From: Haliotis rufescens
Taxonomy: Eukaryota
Assembly (NCBI RefSeq): GCF_023055435.1
Contig: NW_025964001.1
Coordinates: 12,400,001 to 12,464,000, forward strand
Length of the DNA stretch: 64,000 bases
Direction: 5' to 3'
Positions 11,695 to 22,578 of the stretch are shown piece by piece (within the stretch, counting starts at the first letter, position 1; each line of letters starts with the position of its first letter). The translations under genes were made by a program, and so were the position numbers. The notes under the pieces are model-generated. The model ran no database searches and was not told where the DNA came from. It saw nothing but the letters and a program-made list of their open reading frames with translations.

Positions 11695-13851
11695 TTACTG
11701 TCCTGCACTAATCTTGACACGGTCCCAAAACATGCATCTGTCTTCCTCTTGCTCAGGCCACGTGATGTAGGTTGTCGTCTGCAGAAGTGCATACAGTGAT
11801 GACGTCATGTTCCGGGCGTGTATCTCCTCCAGCAGCACCACCACGAGGTACCCCTCATCCTGCTCCAGAGAACGTTTCTGAACCAGAGTCAGCTCAAACT
11901 GACACCATGGACTCTGACTGAAGCTGTTTGATAACACCATGACGACTTTCCTGCTGGCTTGTAGACTATCAATTATATTGTCCACAATGTAGTGACCAGG
12001 GGTGAAATCTCTCTCGTGAAGACATAGCTTCAAACCATGCCTCTCTTCAAGATTCATCATCAGGTTATTTCTGACCCAGAGTGAGTCTTCATCGCAATAC
12101 AGAACAAATGCGTCAAAGGTGTAGGCCATGCGTTCTCTCGCAGGCTGAAGTCGTTTCTTGTACCTGAGCATATAGATGTAGTAACGTACGTGCCAGCGCC
12201 ACCTATAGGCCAGGGATACAACAATCATTAGTAATATTGTTGCACCTGTAACACTAGGTATGATCGCCATGTCAGTTAACTGGCGAGGGCAGAAGGTATC
12301 AAGCTTCATGACATCTTTTAGAGGTACCCTGACCAGACTTGGAGGACTGGCACAGAGATACTCTTTAGGGTATCCAACAAACTTTTTAGGCGCACTTTTA
12401 AGCCATTTGATAAACCACCGTAATTCACAGGAGCAATCAAAATTATTTTTTCCGAAATTAACCGATTCTAGCTGTGTTTTCAGTTTGTCAGGAAAAGCAT
12501 CAGGATCTGGAATTGAAAACTTATTGGCACTCACATCGAGGTGCTTCAACCAGTTGAGGTTTTCAAAATCACTTTTATGGACATTCGCTAACCGGTTTCC
12601 AGAAAGATAAAGAAAACTGATATTTCTCATCATCTCGGACACAACTTTTGGAACTGTGAAGAGGCCACAATCATTCATCCTGAGAATTTTGAGAGTTGTT
12701 AGATGGCCTAGCAATCTGTCCATATAATCATCAGTTACGTCATACATCAAGTTGTTTGAAACCTCTAGAACCTCCAGATTGCTACAACCGTCAAATGCAC
12801 CACTTTCAACGTTTTTGACAAATTCAAGATGGCATCCTCGTAGGTTTATGTTCTTCAAAACTGAGTTGTTGAATGCAGAATTAAAGATCCTGACAGAAGA
12901 TTGCCCTAACGAGGTTTCTGTCATATCATCGGTAAACGGATTACAGGATAAAACATTTTGAAAGAAGATATGACTCAGTTTAGGTAGCTCTGCAAATGTA
13001 TTGCCTTCGAGTTTGTCAATGTTATTAGCGGACATTGATATGTAATTCAACCCAGTTAAACAACTGAAATCAACTCCCACAAGAGATGAGATAAAGTTGT
13101 GATCCAGAACGATTCGGTTAAGTCTGTGCATTGAAACCATCTCTTCATTGCACATATTGGGGAAGTCGTGCAGACGGTTCCAAGCCAAATTAAACATCTT
13201 TGTGTATGTATTATTTGGAAGCTTTATACGTTGAATTTTGTTCCGTCTAGCAGACAGAAACATCAGATGGCGTATATTCGATACATCGAGAAAATCTATC
13301 TTGTTTTGGTCCAGTAGAATAGCGTGAGTTACCTTTCCCGACAGTTCTTCAAATAAACGTCTAGTGTCGCGTATGTCCATTCCTTCCAGGATCAAACGTA
13401 GTGTCTTTTTCCCACGTATGCTTCCAAAGGATTTACCTAAGCTTGTCTGGTTTATTTTGTTCCAACTCAGATCAAGAAACCATAGATTGGGCATTACTGT
13501 GAATGCATCATCCGGCAGAGATGTAATGTTGTTGTCACTGAGGAACAACCCTTCCACTTGTGTGACATTAGCAAACGTGTTTCTTGTAACATTGACAAGT
13601 TTGTTTCTCTCGAAGAAAAAGTATGTAATTGACGTACCCAGGTTTGGTATATATGTCAGCTTTCTTCCATGGCCTTCACACTTTGCACATTCGGCCTTGC
13701 AGTTGCAGAGATCGAAATAACAGGGTTCATAGATGTAACCTTTGCACGGAGTGCCAATCACATCGTTGTACAGGCCAGCTTGGTTGTCGCTCCACACACC
13801 TACCAGAAACCAGAAAAATAAGAACATCTCCAGGTCTTGTATAACCTTCAT
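11695..13851 (-). CDS. Toll-like receptor, single coding exon, single-cysteine-cluster type (LRRNT-LRRs-LRRCT-TM-TIR)
   Basis: 718-aa ORF with hydrophobic signal segment, LxxLxLxxN repeats, LRRCT NNFDCSCELRWF...CASP, TM IIPSVTGATILLMIVVSLAY, TIR box1 FDAFVLY, BB loop LCLHERDFTPG, box3 FW. Confidence 0.95.
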   Translation of the reverse strand: MKVIQDLEMFLFFWFLVGVWSDNQAGLYNDVIGTPCKGYIYEPCYFDLCNCKAECAKCEGHGRKLTYIPNLGTSITYFFFERNKLVNVTRNTFANVTQVEGLFLSDNNITSLPDDAFTVMPNLWFLDLSWNKINQTSLGKSFGSIRGKKTLRLILEGMDIRDTRRLFEELSGKVTHAILLDQNKIDFLDVSNIRHLMFLSARRNKIQRIKLPNNTYTKMFNLAWNRLHDFPNMCNEEMVSMHRLNRIVLDHNFISSLVGVDFSCLTGLNYISMSANNIDKLEGNTFAELPKLSHIFFQNVLSCNPFTDDMTETSLGQSSVRIFNSAFNNSVLKNINLRGCHLEFVKNVESGAFDGCSNLEVLEVSNNLMYDVTDDYMDRLLGHLTTLKILRMNDCGLFTVPKVVSEMMRNISFLYLSGNRLANVHKSDFENLNWLKHLDVSANKFSIPDPDAFPDKLKTQLESVNFGKNNFDCSCELRWFIKWLKSAPKKFVGYPKEYLCASPPSLVRVPLKDVMKLDTFCPRQLTDMAIIPSVTGATILLMIVVSLAYRWRWHVRYYIYMLRYKKRLQPARERMAYTFDAFVLYCDEDSLWVRNNLMMNLEERHGLKLCLHERDFTPGHYIVDNIIDSLQASRKVVMVLSNSFSQSPWCQFELTLVQKRSLEQDEGYLVVVLLEEIHARNMTSSLYALLQTTTYITWPEQEEDRCMFWDRVKISAGQ

Positions 13852-14199
13852 GATGAAAGATTTACCTCTTTGGAAAGCAACATGAACCTCTCTGAGGGAA
13901 GTTGAAACGTTTATATCACATGCCCTTTACTGGTAGTGCGTCCGACTCCTTCCTTATTTCAGTAAATAAACGTGACATTTAGTCAACACTTTTGTTTATC
14001 GAAACCTTATTAATGCACAAACACTGAACTGACTTCGACCAGATGTGGAGGAAGTATTTGTGAAATACTGCACCAAAGATGACAGAATGAGCCAAGGCAG
14101 AAAACAAGAGATATATACCGACCCACTCCCATCCTGAATTGTTTGATCAAAGAACTTCGTTGAAGTGACTTTTCATATATATATTAAAGGCAAGTATAT

Positions 14200-14410
14200 G
14201 TAATAAGGCTGAGTGGGTTAGATCGCGGACTTTGTGTGCTGGCGATTAGGTGCCTCACTCTGGCAAGCGTGGGTTCGAATCCCGGACGGGACTCAACCCC
14301 AAAAAAGTACTAGAATCTGTATTTTACTAAGAAAGTGTTATCCCAAATATAACATTAGTTACGTTTGACCACTTTCTAAATGGCATTGTGTATTCGTTCA
14401 GTGTAATATT
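14200..14410 (+). mobile_element. tRNA-headed interspersed repeat (family E) about 350 bp upstream of the TLR
   Basis: B box GTGGGTTCGAATCCC; related reverse copy at about 18410-18570. Confidence 0.6.
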
Positions 14411-15735
14411 TAAACTTTCACAGTTAGGAACGTTTAAAAAAATATTTCCATGATCATTTATGTATTCCGTAAGTACGCATATCAGTATTCACACGCGAGA
14501 CAAAGATAAACTTACTTTTAAAAGTTTCCAACTATTACTCATCCTGCAAGTAACTTTCTGAACTCCAAAACAAATAAAGCGCCACAAAAAATGACGCCAT
14601 TTGCGGTTACATCCAAATATCGATGTATATAATCTATCATTATTACAAGTATCAGATTGTGCAACGTGTACAAAGTATACCACAACATATGTGTGTTTAA
14701 GCACGTGAAACAGTTTAGCTCACCTGAACTAAAAATTCAACTGTCGTGAGTTGTAAAAACGTAAACATTCTCTCAGTAAAGTTATTATTCTGTAACATCT
14801 GTTAACAGTTAATTCTCTAGTATGTAGTCTGTATGTACGTTGGTTGGTTTGTTGTTTAACGCTGCACTCAGCAATATTCCAGCTATATGACGGCGGTCTG
14901 GAAATATTCGAGTCTGGACCAGACAATCCAGTGATTAATATCATGAGCATCGATCCACACGATTGGGATCGATGACATGCGTCAACCAAGTCGGCAAGCC
15001 TGACCACCCGATCCCGTTAGTCGCCTCACAACAAGCATCGTTGATGTTTTTGTTGTTGAAATAAAAAAACACCTTGCAGCAATGTAATTTTGGTGGAGGC
15101 AATTTTCATTTTTTCCAACAGTCTGAAGCATTAGTATTTTTGTTCAAGAGTTTCGGGTTAAAATATATTTCTTTTTGATAAAATCCCATCACCCAGCCCC
15201 ACCAGAATAGCAAATGGTGATGTCATATGTTGATAGTTCCAAATATTACATGGACATTTGTGATATATAGGGAATCTCACCCAGTGTCTTTTGATATAAA
15301 ATGTATCAACTCGTATTGCCAAAAGTTTAAAACCCTGAGGCTTGCAGAGGAATTTGAAATTTTTAGTTACGAGTGTTGATGTATTTCATATCAAAAGACA
15401 AAGGTGACGCTCTACTGAGATTCTGTTTATCAATAAAAAAATCATACTTTCAACCTTTTCAGTTTGTATACAGTATTAACCAGTGTCTTCAGTGTAAAAA
15501 ACACAGCTAACACTAGTAACAAGCTTAAGTTGCAGAGAGATGATAAGTGATGTCATTTGATTGTCGTCATGGTAACTGATGATGTCCTGAAAAGTATTGG
15601 GATGCAATTTCATTGTAGTGATATATCCTCAGAGATATTGCATGATCTCATACTTTAAAAGATAAAAAAAAGGGTGGTTCCTTTATATTTACCAGCGTCA
15701 GTCCTTATCCTAGTGAGGCAATTGTTAATAAGACC

Positions 15736-16391
15736 TTAAAGGGGAAGTGTACACGCAAAATTCACTTTCTTTCTTTTTCTAAACAAAACGCAATTTTAGA
15801 ATTAGTTTATATCTGTGTTTGAAATGTAAACTCATTTTTTTCACAGTGAAAGTAGGAAGCTCACAATAGTGTGAAAATGATATGCCGTTATGAGGCCTTC
15901 GTTTTTCGAGCTAAACAGGCCTGAGTTATCCCCCTTAGATTATGACGTAATTGGTGCCAATTCAACTGGATCCCTGTCTATTCTCAACGCAAAAGATATC
16001 AAGTACCAGTTTTCGGTAAAACAACATGGCCTACGACACACTCCGGCGCAGTGATGACTCAGCATAACACTATGCTGGCTGGCATCTGAGACGCTAGAAT
16101 CACACAGCTGTACCTACACCACGTGAAGCGGCTCTAACATAGCATGACGTCATAATGTTTATCAATTGGCACCAATGACGTCATATTGCAAGGGGCATAA
16201 GCCATCGTGTTTTTGTTATGAAAATAGAACACTTGGTAAATGTGAAAAATATAAATCGTTTTAATGCAAAACATATGTTAATTAATTGTGATATTTTTAT
16301 ATTTTTGTCTATGACACTACTAGGTTAACACTTTTAATGTGGAAAAAGTACAAGAAAAATAGGTTCATTTCCATGTGAACTTGCCCTTTAA
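15736..16391. mobile_element. Kolobok/T2-like MITE, copy 1
   Basis: TTAA TSDs; termini AGGGGAAGTGTACAC / GTGAACTTGCCCT; internal inverted repeats; near-identical reverse-complement copy at 24342-25001. Confidence 0.85.
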
Positions 16392-16505
16392 CCTTAGTGC
16401 TTAAAACAAAAAACAAAAAAGCATTTATAGTATAAAATTCATAATTTTTAAAGTGACACTAAACATAATTTACAGTTTGTACAGATGTTGATGATGCTGT
16501 GTTCA

Positions 16506-19500
16506 TCAGTGCACTATATGCTCTAGGATGCCTTGTCTGATGAGGTGTTCACACTCGGACCGCAGCAGGAAGTGCTGCAACAGACAAGCAACATGGACTT
16601 ATTCTATGGAACCTTGTTCACATAGTCTTTAACTCGACATATTGTTTAACACCATGTTATTTCACGGCCCCAGTAGACTTATTTTGTATTATCATTTCAT
16701 CAGATAAGTCATTACCGTATTCGACGTAATAAGCGCCTCACTCTAATAAGCGCCCACATCGAGATTTGTTAATATATTGGCTAGTGAACAAACCCAATTA
16801 GCACCCCTTCTGACCCCAATTCGCATATAATACGCACTGCTTCCTTCCCCTATTTGCACTCCTTTGTTATAAGCACCCTTTATTATTGACAATTAAATTC
16901 TGGAAAAATATATCCGTCGTACATAAACATTTCCGGCTGTCACTATAAACCACGAAATTTAACTCTGTTTTTTTCACCAAAATAATATTCTCATAAGAGC
17001 TCCCTATATCTAATTTTGTGAGCGCCCTGGGCACGTATTAAGTCGAATACGGTATGTCAGATAAATCAATGTATATTTCTGGTCCCTAGTGATTGAGTTA
17101 GCCTAACACCCCTGTGAACCGTGTTCCAGTTACATCAGACACGTCAGCTTCATGTGCCTGAGTGGGTGAGTGAGTGAGATGGGTTCAACGCCGCTTTTAA
17201 CAGTATTCCAGTTATATCACGGCGTGTCAGCTTAATGTGGGAGGAAACCCGAAGTGATGCAGGTCTCAGACGTTTACCACTTCGGTGAAACCCACGAGCA
17301 TGGGTATGGTGCTGACAAACCTAGAAACATAATCGGGGCGAACCGGGAGTCAAACCCACAATCATAGGTTTCTGGCGTGCCCAAGGGACGCAACTCTGCA
17401 CAGCGAATCGTGGCGCCTTAGACAACTGGGCCACCCGTGCCCCCTCATGTGCCTGAAGTGATGCAGGTGTCACTTTGCCCCTTTAGCAAAACCCATGCAA
17501 GGGTATGGTGCTGACAAGCCTAGGAACATAGTTGGGGTAAACTGGGCTTCAGACCCACAGTTAAAGATTTTGTTGGTTTGCTAAGAGTTTGTTTGTTGTT
17601 AAATGCCACACTCAGCAATATTCCAGCTACATGATGAAGGTATATAATTAATCGAGTCTAAACCATACAATCCAGTGATTGATATGATGAGCATCGATCT
17701 ACACATTTGGGATACGATGACATACATCAACAAGTCATCGAGCCTGACCACTAAGCACAGCGAATTGGCGTGCCAGAGATAACTGGGCAACCTATGGGAT
17801 TCCAAACAAAGTGCCCTTGAGAAAAAATCTTTAAATATCAGATATACAAGTCACCTCTACAAAGACATAAAATTAGTTATAACTTTATCACATTAATTTA
17901 AATAAAAATAATTCCAATTTGGGAACTTGTTAAAACACTGGCTGCAGACTCTAAACAGATCTAGATAAATCCCGGTAAGCTCTTGTTGGATCTTGTGAAT
18001 GCAATGCCTAGTGCTACAACACTGATCTGAAATTGTCTACCTGGCTGTTCTTCTTGAGGACAATGACATTTCCATCTTGAGTTTCAAACTCGCCATGATC
18101 GACCTGACACCTCACTTCGACATACAATGTTTTTGGAGGTTTCAGATCCTGTGTCAGGTCAAGGCCACCAGCATCTCCAATCGATCGCATGTAGCTGGCC
18201 AACATCTTGTTATACCGACTAAACCACTGTATCTGCCAAAAAATAAAGATAGGAAATTGTTTGTCATTCAGTCAATAGTGATCAATAACAAGGAATCAGA
18301 ATCACCAGGTAACTCAGTGACTTGGAAGCCATGTCCTTCTGCCACGATGGCATGGATCTGTGCTCACAATATACATCAATACATTGTCTGGCACACGCAC
18401 GCACGAAAATGACAAATGAATTTTGAACAGACAATGCCATGTCGAAAGCGGTCAAATGTAACAAATGTTATATTTGGGATTACAGTTTCCAGTAAAGTAC
18501 AGATTCTCGTACTTTTTTTGGGGTTGCATCTTGTACGGGATTCGAACCCACACTGCCACTCTGGACATTTCACAATCCGGAGGATTTCATTTTGGATTAA
18601 CACGTATTTTGATGTTTGTCACAAGAGCCAGTAGAGTATTCAAGTCTGAATCACACAAACGGGAGGTAAGTTTGTGGAAGTAACAATACACACCAGGTAA
18701 AGGTTCAGTGACACAGTCAACAATGTCACAACTGTTAGCTGGTCTTTCATGTGGGTTACCCTGCCTAGCATTAAGTGGATAAAACCGGACTGGTGAGCTT
18801 GGAGTCACTATGATGTGTCTGAGTGGCTATCCATGTTAACCTGTGGCATAGTATTTCAATGGACTAGCACAATAAAACTTTTATTTGTCCGGAGTAATCC
18901 ATCAGACACACACACACATGCATGAAAGTTGCCATGGAAGTGCAATAATCTTGACCGCGACGTTAAACCCCATTTCACCTCAGCTTCCCTGTGGTCACAC
19001 ATCAAAGTACAGGTCATACTTAGCAGCCATTGTGTCCACCCGATCCCCAGATTCCCCTTACAACTAGCAGTGTGACGCCGCTTGGTTGTCATGTAGTGAG
19101 TGAGTGAGTGAGTATGGTTTAACGCCGCTTTTAGCAATATTCCAGCAATACCACAGCGGAGGACACCGGAAATGGGCTTCACACATTGTACCCATGTCGG
19201 GAATCGAACCCGGAACGTCGGCGTGACGAGCGAACGCTTAACCACTAGGCTACCCGACCGCCCCGGTTGTCATGTAGACTAGTGGGATGAACATGATGAA
19301 GGCTCTTATTATCATTAATGATATTCTTCATGAAAGTAAAAATTATCTGATCGTCAACCAGCGTGGAATCTTTTCACATGCTCACAAATCTCTCTAGGAA
19401 AGGTATAAAAATCACTGTCAACATGTTCGTGGCGTCCCGCCCCCTGTAACTGTACCTCTTGTTCACACAAGTTATATTTGATGTCCGCTGGAAGAACACT

Positions 19501-22406
19501 CCCGAACTCCCATCTCATCTTGCGAATCTGCACCAAGCGATTGTATCTGTAAATAAATACAAACCCAATTCTAACATGTCTAATGCTAAGAGTCATTTGA
19601 ACAAGAACTTGTGATCAGTATATGAAATCACTCAGTTTCAAATGTTCAAAGCTGGTCAGAATCATATGGACCATATTGTTTTACCAGGTACAAAATAATG
19701 TGAGTGAGTGAGTATGGTTTTACGCCGCTTTTAGCAATATTCCAGCAACACACGGCGGGGGACACCAGAAATGGGCTTCAAACATTGTACCCATGTCGGG
19801 AATCGAACCCGGGTCTTCGGCGTGACGAGCGAACGCTTTAACCACTAGGCTACCCGACCGCCCCACAAAATAATGTGTCATAAACACACACAAAGTTTGA
19901 GAATGGATTCAAACAACATGCATTGTGACACAAAAAGTATGGCTGTAAGGATCGATTCAAAAGTAATAATTCAGTTGTAACCTTCACATTAAACATCACT
20001 GATCTTTCTATTCTGATCGGAAATAAAATTCAAGTACAAACTGTCCATGTCATTGTCTGATATTCTTTACTCACTTGCATCATTAAACATCATGAACATA
20101 CTGAATGCTCTTTATATCAATCACTGGTTTGCCTTGATTTTTTATTACTGGCTGATGTGATACAGCTATAAGTAAGTGGCCTGTGGCATCTAACAACATG
20201 CGCTCTTTCATCATGTTCCTGCATTAATTGGTGATCGATTTACTTAAAAACATATTGTTTAAACACTCCAGAAAAGTTCCATACACATGAACACAAGGGT
20301 GTGAGTTGACACAGACTAGCAGACATCCAAAAGTTATCATATCCAAATTGTGTACATAGATGCTCATGAGGTCAATCACTGGTTTGTCTGGTCCAGAGTT
20401 AATTATTTACGGATTGCCGTCATTCAGCTGGACTACTGCTGAGTGTGGCATTAAACAATAAACAAGACATCCAAATGTGTGCAGCTCCAATTCCTGATGC
20501 CAATTTCATCATAAACGCAAACAATGTTGACTTTTGAGAGTGGGCGTAAAGTTTAATTTATTTTATTGACTCAAAAGTACCACTATATATTAATAAAAAA
20601 TAAAATGAATTATTCTGTATGTGTATAGATAAAAATTATGAGCAATTAATCACCTTAATGATAAATATTAACTAGGCTGATTCACTGAATGTTCAAAATG
20701 GAATCTCCTGTCTCCTTTATGTCCAACTTAACAGTGACAATCTTAATAAATGTTAACGTTTCAGTGGCAGTGAATTAATAATTTAGTATCGATCAAATAA
20801 ATTTGTATCTTTTATTGACACTAAAATGTTATCCATACGTTGGTAGTGCAATAAATGATGACACTGAGTTTTGGGTGACTTGTTAGGCCAAGCTCTTTCT
20901 CCCTTGCAGTGGGCTAGTGTTACTACGAGGTGTTGCACTATTCTTGACAGCGTAGATGTGAAACACTTACAAATATGCTAACAAACATCGTTTGTTCCTT
21001 TCAAGTGCTGAATGTCGCAGTTGAACCCCTGAAAATAGTCCACTTTCTCCAGCAACTGTGGCACTCCTGAAACATTGTATATCAGTGCTTGGTTTACAGT
21101 GTGATAAACGCTATAGAAACATCAGAGATACACTCTTGTAACCATGGTAACAAGATCCATGTGGTCCAGTCACTGACTATGGGTGTGCTGGCACCACCAA
21201 CATGTTATTATGGTTATTCTAGAAAACATTTAATGGCTATTCATTTGAGATCATAAACAAACAGGCATTTATCAAGTTTATTTGGACCTACAATGAGGTA
21301 GATATTTGGACCATGACAGTAAAAATTCCCAAATAGTAAATTATTAATTTCCCACTTCATGTAAATCATTTTAATACAGTTGTTAATGTTAAGGCTTTGT
21401 AGAGGTGACATGTGCTTCACAGATGAGACCATTTTTCTCAACCTGAAACCAAACCCGATAACTTTCATGTTGTAGTTCTAGTTCGAAAGATGATGAGTGC
21501 ATTCTGGAATATAAGAGTACTGTACGTACTCTAATGTGTATGCTGTTTTATTTTATATAGCACGCTGGAATCATCTGCTACATTATTATGACAGTACCGA
21601 TCCAGAAACTGAGGAAAATCTTCCATGTTCAGAGTTAGGAACTGGTTATGGGCACTACGCAATGCACAATGGACTCATCCTAGGATTCTGTTCTGCATTT
21701 TGATTTTGGCTAGGGTACATTTCTGTATACAGAAAGTGGCGACGACCCCTTCAGCTTTAATAATAAATAGTATATACTCTGTACACAGATACAAAAGCCC
21801 ATTTGGACCATATTGGTTATTTGTTTTTTTCTCTTTTAAAAGTCGTAATTACAAGAAAAAGTCGTAATTTCGACTTTTAAAAGAGAAAAAACAAAATACC
21901 AATATGGTTCTAAAGGACTTTCGTACACAAAGAAATATATTTTAGAGTGGAAGTGAAAGACGTTAAAGAATAAGCAATTACATCAAACTGATTGACATGA
22001 TTTAGCAAGCAGTAGAGATTTATAAGGCTAACTTACACATCCCTCTGATTGTGTTCAAACAAGGCTTTCATCTCCTCCAACACCTGACGCACTCCATCCT
22101 CCTGTTGAAAACAAACATCTCTTGTTCCAAATTATATTTCAAGGAAGGAGAACAATTCCTACTGTTATCAGATCAAACGAATTGTATGGTTTAGCAGCTC
22201 CTGCCAACTCGTTTAATGAAATTAATGACATGATACGTTATCAGCTGGATATTATGAGAGTGATGTGTGTGTACATATTCTTCGATTTTGTCAAGCAAAA
22301 CGTCTTAGTGTTTAAGCCCATATTTACTCACGTTGTATGGAGGCAAAGTGCCATCAACCGTTCGTTTCAATTCACGAATTAATTCCAAAACTTTATCCGC
22401 GAGCAT
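16506..22406 (-). CDS. GINS1: DNA replication complex GINS subunit PSF1
   Basis: Exons 22406-22332, 22101-22037, 21066-20971, 19546-19456, 18232-18041, 16574-16506 join in frame: [15 protein letters not shown]...[14 protein letters not shown]...[35 protein letters not shown]...[20 protein letters not shown]...[27 protein letters not shown]. Confidence 0.96.
16713..17054. mobile_element. Tc1/mariner-pogo-type MITE
   Basis: TA-CCGTATTCGAC ... GTCGAATACGG-TA; partial second copy about 27690-27965. Confidence 0.75.
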
Positions 22407-22578
22407 GTTGACATTTCAAGTTTCACGCAAACTCCCGCCAAGTTATAGAAGGCTATTTTTGATTGGAAGAAAGGCCAGTGGCCCAGCCAATTACTATCTG
22501 CGTCATTGAGCCCCCCCACGAGATTCTATTAATAGCCAGGAAGTGTTTTGGTTTGCAGTGTTGTTGACACCAGTCACG
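22407..22578. promoter_or_regulatory. Compact bidirectional promoter GINS1/ABHD12
   Basis: 172 bp between divergent ATGs; E2F-like TTTCACGC (22421) and TCCCGCCAA (22433), opposed CCAAT boxes (ATTGG 22462, CCAAT 22487), ETS CAGGAAGT (22537). Confidence 0.75.

Noticed and set aside
12260-13844. Plus-strand ORFs of 69-118 aa
   Set aside because: Antisense shadows of the TLR coding sequence.
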